Shown here: in pieces, positions 57,934 through 64,000 of the stretch
Layout: each line of letters starts with the position of its first letter
Position numbering within the stretch: the first letter of the stretch is position 1
Assembly: GCA_963754315.1 (NCBI GenBank)
Contig: CAVWFS010000015.1
Span: 160,001-224,000 of the forward strand
DNA: 64,000 nucleotides
Reading direction: 5' to 3'
From: an uncultured Candidatus Rokubacteria bacterium
GTDB lineage: Bacteria; Methylomirabilota; Methylomirabilia; Rokubacteriales; CSP1-6
Made by a program: the position numbers and the translations under genes
The notes under the pieces: generated by a model
The model's database searches: none
The model's input: only the letters and a program-made list of their open reading frames with translations
Told to the model about the DNA's origin: nothing

Positions 57934-59589
57934 TCAGAAGCGCGAGGCCTTGAGGGTCACGTCGGCCCGGCTCCAGGCTTTCTCAAAGCGCAGCTCGACG
58001 ATGCCTGCCTCGGCCGGGCGGTCTTGAGCGCGGAGACTCTGGGCCAGCCCGAACAATGACCAGCCATTGAGTGGATTACGCTCCAGATCTGCCCGGTAAA
58101 CTTCCTCGGCCTCGGCAGGACGTCCCCCCTCGAGCAGGGCGGCGCCAAGGGCCTGGCGTACGGGGAAGTACCAGGGGGGCGGCTCCGTGAACCAGTGGCC
58201 GTCCTGAGCCTGGATCGCCGCCGAGAAGTGGCGGACGGCGGTGTCGGTATCCCCTCCTCGGGCGGCGATCTCTCCCGCGAGCGTATCGCTTGCCAGCCGT
58301 AGCATGTCTGCCTGCTTGAAGAACCCGATCGTCCGGTCGCTCGGCACCCTCTCGGCCAGATTTCTCAGCGCGGTCAGCTCGGCCCGCGCCTGTCCCGCCC
58401 GCCCGGTGGCAGCGAACGCGAGGCCCCGTGAGTAGTGCCAGGCACCCATCACGTAGAACTGGCCGGCGGCCGGTGTCTTCTCCTGCAGGATCTCCGTCCA
58501 CCGCCCGAAGCGGGCCAGCGCGAAATACGGCGCCGCCGGGCCTGTTTCCATCTCCGGCATCGTCCGCACCATGTCCGCGGGAACCGCCGCGCGAAACTCG
58601 CGGGCGGCTCGGATGGTGTCCGCGCTCCGGCCCTCCATGCTGGCGGCCAGCCAGATGAAGTCGATGTTGTGTGGGTAGTAGCCCATGCGGTAGGCGGAAC
58701 TCGGCTGGGTCTTCTTGAAGTATGCGCGGTCCGCCGCCACGGCGCGCTCGTTGGCGGCCACCGCGTCGGCGTACCGGCCCACTCTCAGATAGATGTGCGA
58801 GGGCATGTGAACCAGATGTCCCGCGCCAGGCATGAGTGGCCCCAGACGGTCGGCGGCGTCGGTGGCCCGCCCGGGGTCGGGACTCGCCTCCACCGCGTGA
58901 ATGTACAGATGGTTGGCGCCAGGGTGATCCGGGGCCGCGGCCAGCACCCGCTCGAGGACCTGGACGATTTCCTCGGTACCAGGCTGGGGCTTGCCGTCCT
59001 CGGTCCACAAGTGCCATGGCCGCATGTTCATCAGGGCATCCGCGAAGAGGGTGCCAATGTCGACATCGTCCGGGAAGCGTCGGTTGGCCTCGCGCATGGC
59101 AGCCGCGTATGCGCGGTCGAGGGCCGCCCGGTCGGCTTTGGTATCGGCCGAGTGCCGGGCCGCCAGCGCCTCGATGAGCGCCTGCTCGCGTTCCGACGCA
59201 CCACCAGCTCGGGCGCGTGCGGTCTGGATGGCTTCCCAGGCTCCCCGCTCGCGCTCGGGGTCGGTGGGGCTGTTGTAGTTGGAGCCGTAGGTGAGCGCGA
59301 CCCCCCAGTAACAGATCGCGCACTCCCCATCGAGGCGCGCCGCTTCGCGAAAGGCCCGCTGCGCCTCGTCGTAGTTGAAGGCATACACCAGGCGCAGCCC
59401 TTGATCGAAGTACGCCTGGGCCTGGGGCGACGAGGTGGTGATCTTGCGATGGTAGGTCCCGAGATCCTCGAAGAGGGGCGGCGGAGTGTCGGCGACTTCG
59501 CGCGCGTGCTGATGGTGGCCCGTCGGAGTCGAGCATCCACTCGTCAACACCAAGGTCATGAAGGGCACGAACCGCCACCAAGCGCGCAT
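57934..59589 (-). CDS. TPR-rich lipoprotein of unknown function
   Basis: Lipobox LTSGC; AQAYFDQGL, PDHPGANHLYIHAVE, GHLVHMPSHIY, NGWSLFGL. Confidence 0.85.
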   Translation of the reverse strand: MRAWWRFVPFMTLVLTSGCSTPTGHHQHAREVADTPPPLFEDLGTYHRKITTSSPQAQAYFDQGLRLVYAFNYDEAQRAFREAARLDGECAICYWGVALTYGSNYNSPTDPERERGAWEAIQTARARAGGASEREQALIEALAARHSADTKADRAALDRAYAAAMREANRRFPDDVDIGTLFADALMNMRPWHLWTEDGKPQPGTEEIVQVLERVLAAAPDHPGANHLYIHAVEASPDPGRATDAADRLGPLMPGAGHLVHMPSHIYLRVGRYADAVAANERAVAADRAYFKKTQPSSAYRMGYYPHNIDFIWLAASMEGRSADTIRAAREFRAAVPADMVRTMPEMETGPAAPYFALARFGRWTEILQEKTPAAGQFYVMGAWHYSRGLAFAATGRAGQARAELTALRNLAERVPSDRTIGFFKQADMLRLASDTLAGEIAARGGDTDTAVRHFSAAIQAQDGHWFTEPPPWYFPVRQALGAALLEGGRPAEAEEVYRADLERNPLNGWSLFGLAQSLRAQDRPAEAGIVELRFEKAWSRADVTLKASRF

Positions 59590-59741
59590 GATCAGCTCCC
59601 TCGCGTGCGGCCCGCCTTCAGCGGGCTGCTCGGCCGTGAGCGCGGCCGTCCTCGATTGTATGATGGTCAGCCAGGGAGGGCTGCCTGCATGCCTGTCGAT
59701 CGACCGGGAGCGTTTCCGCGGCTCGTGCCGGGCGCGCCCCG

Positions 59742-60578
59742 ATGAGCGCGCTGGTCACCACCACCTGGCTCGCCGGGGAGCTAGGTGCCCCCGATCTGCG
59801 CATCATCGACGGCTCCTGGCACATGCCCGCACTCACCCGCGATGCTCGCGCAGAGTTCACGGCCGCCCACATCCCGGGAGCCGTCTTCTTCGACATCGAC
59901 CGGATCGCAGACACCTCTGTCGCCCTCCCGCACATGCTGCCAAGCGCGTCCGCCTTCTCGTCCAGTGTGGGCGCCCTCGGCATCGGCAATGATGACCGGG
60001 TCGTCGTCTACGACGTGCGCGGTGTGGTCAGCGCAGCCCGCGTCTGGTGGATGTTCCGCGCCTTCGGCCACGAGCGGGTGTCGGTGCTCGACGGAGGCCT
60101 TCCAGCGTGGCGCGCGGAGGGCCGGCCCCTCGAGCAGGGCGAGCCGAGACCGACGGCGCGCCACTTTGTCGCGCACTTCCGTCCCGAGCTGGTCCGCGAC
60201 GTCGCGGCCGTCCGAGACAATCTCGTCACCGAGCGCGAGCAAGTCGTCGATGCGCGATCACGAGGGCGCTTCGCCGGCACGGAGCCCGAGCCGCGCGCGG
60301 GACTCCGGAGAGGTCACATTCCCGGGAGCGTGAACGTGCCCTACGAGATCCTGTATCGGGACGATGGGACATTGTTACCGCCCCCCGCCCTGCGCGAAGC
60401 CTTCGCGCAAGCAGGCGTGCAGCTCGACAAACCGATCGTGACCTCGTGCGGCTCGGGCATCACCGCCTGCGTGCTCGCCCTCGGTCTGCACGTCCTCGGT
60501 CGAGAAGACGCGGCCGTCTACGACGGATCCTGGACGGATTGGGGAGGCCGCGCCGATACCCCCATCGACGGTCCGTGA
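59742..60578 (+). CDS. sseA: 3-mercaptopyruvate sulfurtransferase (double rhodanese)
   Basis: HIPGAVFFDID, ARVWW, CGSGITA active loop, YDGSWTDW. Confidence 0.92.
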   Translation: MSALVTTTWLAGELGAPDLRIIDGSWHMPALTRDARAEFTAAHIPGAVFFDIDRIADTSVALPHMLPSASAFSSSVGALGIGNDDRVVVYDVRGVVSAARVWWMFRAFGHERVSVLDGGLPAWRAEGRPLEQGEPRPTARHFVAHFRPELVRDVAAVRDNLVTEREQVVDARSRGRFAGTEPEPRAGLRRGHIPGSVNVPYEILYRDDGTLLPPPALREAFAQAGVQLDKPIVTSCGSGITACVLALGLHVLGREDAAVYDGSWTDWGGRADTPIDGP

Positions 60579-60612
60579 GCCGCTGAACACCGAGCTCGCC
60601 GCGGTCTATGTC

Positions 60613-61074
60613 GTGGTCGGCCTGCTCTTCGCGGCAGGCCTGGCGGGGTCGGTCCTCCCGTTCGTCCCGGGGCCACCGCTGATCTTCGGAGGCGCCCTCA
60701 TTTACGCGTTCGCTACCGACTGGACCCCCGTCGGCGCTGGCCGCCTGATCATTCTCGCCGTCCTGGCGGCGCTGGCTTACGTGCTGGGCCATGTCGCCGG
60801 GGCGCTAGGCGTCAAGCGCTTCGGGGGCAGCTGGTGGGCGGTGGGAGGCGCCCTCGTCGGCGCCATCGTGGGAGTCTTCCTGGGCCCGCTGGGACTGATC
60901 CTGGGGCCTATGCTCGGCGCCGTTGCCGGCGAGTTCTTGCGCGCGGGCGACATCGAGCGAAGCACGCGCAGCGGGATCGGGGCCCTGGCCGGGATGGCAG
61001 CCGGCATCGTCGCCAACCTCGGCCTGGCCGTCGTCATGATCGTGCTGTTCCTGTGGTGGGTCTGGCGGGGCTGA
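60613..61074 (+). CDS. DUF456 family membrane protein
   Basis: LPFVPGPPLIF, KRFGGS, GLILGPMLGA..GE; true start may be slightly upstream. Confidence 0.82.
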   Translation: MVGLLFAAGLAGSVLPFVPGPPLIFGGALIYAFATDWTPVGAGRLIILAVLAALAYVLGHVAGALGVKRFGGSWWAVGGALVGAIVGVFLGPLGLILGPMLGAVAGEFLRAGDIERSTRSGIGALAGMAAGIVANLGLAVVMIVLFLWWVWRG

Positions 61075-61124
61075 GGAGGGATAGCGACATCCGGAGTGGC
61101 GCGGCAGCGCCTGAAAGGACGACC

Positions 61125-61988
61125 ATGCGCACGACCACGAGGCTTCGACGGATGCTGCAGGCCCCAGGGATTGTCGTCGCCCCCGGCGCCTACGATGGGT
61201 TCTCGGCGCGGCTCATCGAGGCGGCTGGCTTCTCGACGGTCTACATGACGGGAGCCGGCACCGCCGCCTCCCACCTGGGCCAGCCCGATCTCGGTCTTGC
61301 CACCATGACCGAGATGGCCGCCCACGCGCGCCATCTGGCCGCGTGCGTCTCGCTGCCGCTCATCGCCGATGCCGATACGGGCTACGGCAACGTCCTCAAC
61401 GTGGTACGCACCGTGCGGGAATACGAACGGGCAGGGGTAGCCGGTTTGCACCTCGAGGATCAAGTGGCCCCCAAGAAGTGCGGCCACATCGCCGGCAAGC
61501 AGGTGATTCCGGCCAGGGAGTTCGCGGACAAGATCCGCGCGGCCGTGGAATACCGGACGGACCCCGACTTCGTGATCATCGCGCGCACCGATGCGCGCGC
61601 AGTCACGGGCCTCGATGATGCCATCGAGCGCGGCAACCTGTACGCGGAGGCAGGGGCCGACATCATCTTCGTGGAGGCCCCGCAAAGCGCCGACGAGATC
61701 CACCGCGTGGCGCAGGAGGTCAAGGCCCCCCTGCTCGCCAACATGGTGCAAGGGGGAAAGACACCGGCGGTCAAGGTTGCGGAGCTGGAGCGACTCGGAT
61801 TCAAGCTGGTCATCTTTCCGGCCGTCTGCATGGCGGCAGCGGTGACCGCCATCGAGACGGCTTTGAATCGTTTGCAGGAGACCGGAACGGACTGGCACGA
61901 TGGCCGGGCCCTCGGTCCGATGGACATCTTCCGCAAGGTCGGTTTCGACTGGTGGCAGGCCATCGAGACGCGCTTCACGTCAGCCTGA
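61125..61988 (+). CDS. Isocitrate lyase/PEP mutase family enzyme (methylisocitrate/dimethylmalate lyase-like)
   Basis: [32 protein letters not shown]. Confidence 0.9.
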   Translation: MRTTTRLRRMLQAPGIVVAPGAYDGFSARLIEAAGFSTVYMTGAGTAASHLGQPDLGLATMTEMAAHARHLAACVSLPLIADADTGYGNVLNVVRTVREYERAGVAGLHLEDQVAPKKCGHIAGKQVIPAREFADKIRAAVEYRTDPDFVIIARTDARAVTGLDDAIERGNLYAEAGADIIFVEAPQSADEIHRVAQEVKAPLLANMVQGGKTPAVKVAELERLGFKLVIFPAVCMAAAVTAIETALNRLQETGTDWHDGRALGPMDIFRKVGFDWWQAIETRFTSA

Positions 61989-62080
61989 GGTTCCGGCGCC
62001 AGCCCGCGACCTCTTCGCCCCCTCATACCGAGGCCGCGGTATCATCTAGCAGCACTACTCGTGAGCACAGGAGACCTGTT

Positions 62081-63265
62081 ATGGCAGAAGCTGTCATCGT
62101 CTCGACCGCCCGTACCGGGATCGGCAAGGCCTACCGAGGGGCCCTCAACAATACCCACGGTGCCACCGTGGCCGCCCACGTCATCGGGCAGGCCGTGAAA
62201 CGGGCGGGTCTGGAGCCGGCCGAGGTCGAGGACGTGATCCTCGGCTGCGCCCTGCCGGAGGGTGCCACCGGCGGCAACATCGCGCGCCAGGCGGCGCTGC
62301 GGGCGGGCCTGCCGGTCACCACCGGGGGCGTCACCGTCAACCGCTTCTGCTCGTCCGGGCTGCAAGCCATCGCCATGGCTGCTCACCGGGTGATCGTGGA
62401 TCGTGTCCCGATCATGGTCGCGGGCGGCCTGGAATCGATCAGCCTCGTCCAGAACGAGCACATGAACCTGCACCGCATGCGCGAGAGCTGGCTCGAGGAA
62501 CGCAAGCCCGAGATCTACATGACGATGATCGAGACGGCCGAGGTGGTGGCCGCGCGCTACGACGTCACCCGCGAGATGCAGGACGAGTACGCGCTGGCCA
62601 GCCAGCAGCGAACAGCGGCCGCGCAGCAGGCGGGCCGCTTCGATGCCGAGATCGTTCCCTTCACGACCATCAAGACGGTCCAGGACAAGACGACGGGGCA
62701 GCTCCACGAAGAAGAGGTCACCCTCACCCGAGACGAGGGGAATCGTCCTGATACCACCCTCGACGGTCTGAAGGCCCTCAAGCCGGTGACGGGTGAAAAG
62801 GGGCACATCACGGCTGGCAATGCCAGCCAGCTCTCCGACGGCGCCTCAGCCTGCGTGGTGATGGATGCTCGCCTCGCCGAGCGGCGCGGGCTAAGGCCAC
62901 TCGGAATCTTTCGCGGCTTCACCGTGGCCGCCTGTGAGCCGGACGAGATGGGGATCGGTCCCGTCTTCGCGGTGCCACGCCTGCTGGAGCGGTTCGCCTT
63001 GAAGATGGACGACATCGACCTGTGGGAGCTGAACGAGGCGTTCGCCGTCCAGGTCATCTACTGTCGCGACCGGCTTGGCATCCCCATGGAAAAGCTCAAT
63101 GTCGACGGCGGGGCCATCGCCATCGGCCACCCCTACGGCATGAGCGGAGCCCGGATGGTCGGCCACGCTCTCTTGGAGGGCAAGCGGCGCGGCGCCAAGC
63201 ACGTCGTCTGCACGATGTGCATCGGCGGGGGCATGGGGGCGGCAGGCCTCTTCGAGGTCGTCTAG
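62081..63265 (+). CDS. Acetyl-CoA C-acyltransferase (thiolase)
   Basis: NRFCSSG, NEAFA, GHPYG, CIGGGMG. Confidence 0.93.
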   Translation: MAEAVIVSTARTGIGKAYRGALNNTHGATVAAHVIGQAVKRAGLEPAEVEDVILGCALPEGATGGNIARQAALRAGLPVTTGGVTVNRFCSSGLQAIAMAAHRVIVDRVPIMVAGGLESISLVQNEHMNLHRMRESWLEERKPEIYMTMIETAEVVAARYDVTREMQDEYALASQQRTAAAQQAGRFDAEIVPFTTIKTVQDKTTGQLHEEEVTLTRDEGNRPDTTLDGLKALKPVTGEKGHITAGNASQLSDGASACVVMDARLAERRGLRPLGIFRGFTVAACEPDEMGIGPVFAVPRLLERFALKMDDIDLWELNEAFAVQVIYCRDRLGIPMEKLNVDGGAIAIGHPYGMSGARMVGHALLEGKRRGAKHVVCTMCIGGGMGAAGLFEVV

Positions 63266-63298
63266 CCGGCCCGACCCTCCTTGCGACCCGTTGGCGTT

Positions 63299-64000
63299 CT
63301 ACCGCACGGCACCCATGGTGAGCCCGCGCACGATGTACTTCTGGACGAGCAAGCTCAGGAGCAGCTGGGGCACGACCGCCACCAGCGAGGCGGCCGCCAT
63401 CTGCCCCCACAGCACCTGCTCGTAGGAGATGAACTGAATGGCCCCGACCGTCACCGGGAACGTCTGCCGACCCGCCAGCATCAGCGGATAGTTGAACGCG
63501 TTCCAGCTGAACATGAAGCCCAGGATGACGGTGACGGCCACACCGGGCAGGCTCAAGGGCAGGATGACCCGCGTCAGCACACCCCACCAGGAGCATCCAT
63601 CGATCTTGGCCGCCTCCTCCACCTCGAGGGGGATCTCCATGAAGAAGCTGCGCAGCATCCAGATCGTGAAGGGCAAGGTAATGAGCTGATAGGCGAGGAT
63701 CAACCCTGCGTATGTGTTATAGAGCCCGAGACGCTGATACAGGATGTACAGGGGGATCAGGAACGTGATGAACGGGGCGAAGCGGAAGCTGAGGAACAGG
63801 AACGCCAGCCCTTCTTTCAAGGGAAACGTGTAGCGGGCCAGGGCATACGCGGCCAGCACCCCCGCCACGACCGATAGCAGCACCGCTCCTGAGGAAATGA
63901 TCACACTGTTGACGAAGAAGCGGGGGAAATCGGGACGGGCCGAGGCATAGAGGCCCCGCTGCCGGCCGATGAAGATCGCCTCATAGTTCTCGACGGTTGG
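63299..64000 (-). CDS. Carbohydrate ABC permease (MalG-like), 5' truncated by window
   Basis: Frame open to the window edge (PTVENYEAIF...); EVEEAAKIDG, FSWN, WGQMAAA, GLTMGAVR. Confidence 0.9.
   Translation of the reverse strand, partial: PTVENYEAIFIGRQRGLYASARPDFPRFFVNSVIISSGAVLLSVVAGVLAAYALARYTFPLKEGLAFLFLSFRFAPFITFLIPLYILYQRLGLYNTYAGLILAYQLITLPFTIWMLRSFFMEIPLEVEEAAKIDGCSWWGVLTRVILPLSLPGVAVTVILGFMFSWNAFNYPLMLAGRQTFPVTVGAIQFISYEQVLWGQMAAASLVAVVPQLLLSLLVQKYIVRGLTMGAVR

Noticed and set aside
1..64000. tRNA, rRNA, IS elements, integrases, prophage, known anti-phage systems
   Set aside because: None recognised by eye; tRNAscan-SE, Infernal and DefenseFinder were not run

Overview
High-GC bacterial chromosomal window, densely coding and mostly housekeeping or catabolic. 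Gene content and an intergenic GC-rich repeat suggest Candidatus Rokubacteria/Methylomirabilota (inference, not verified). It contains the typA 3' end, a catalytic-domain-only B12-independent Met synthase, an M43 metalloprotease, fused trpE(G) with a Trp-codon attenuator, Ku, several ABC/ECF/secondary transporters, two Rieske oxygenases, LLM/F420-type oxidoreductases, a 2-oxoacid dehydrogenase operon, thiolases, a STAND-type adenylate/guanylate cyclase and sseA. No rRNA, tRNA, CRISPR array or transposase was seen. About nine genes are split by single-base indels, most likely sequencing errors. Most interesting: (1) an ECF sigma factor coupled to a protein fusing a zinc anti-sigma motif, an O6-methylguanine methyltransferase and a C-terminal Ada-type Zn(Cys)4 sensor with no AraC domain, plus two identically spaced TTTCAC-N14-GGTGTCnCA promoter-like motifs, which together suggest a sigma/anti-sigma version of the alkylation adaptive response; (2) an AhpD/CMD-like protein with in-frame UGA in a CxxU motif followed by a SECIS-like hairpin (probable selenoprotein); (3) a ~135-nt structured RNA candidate between trpE(G) and ku; (4) an S51 peptidase-like protein with a CysRS-like C-terminal tail.
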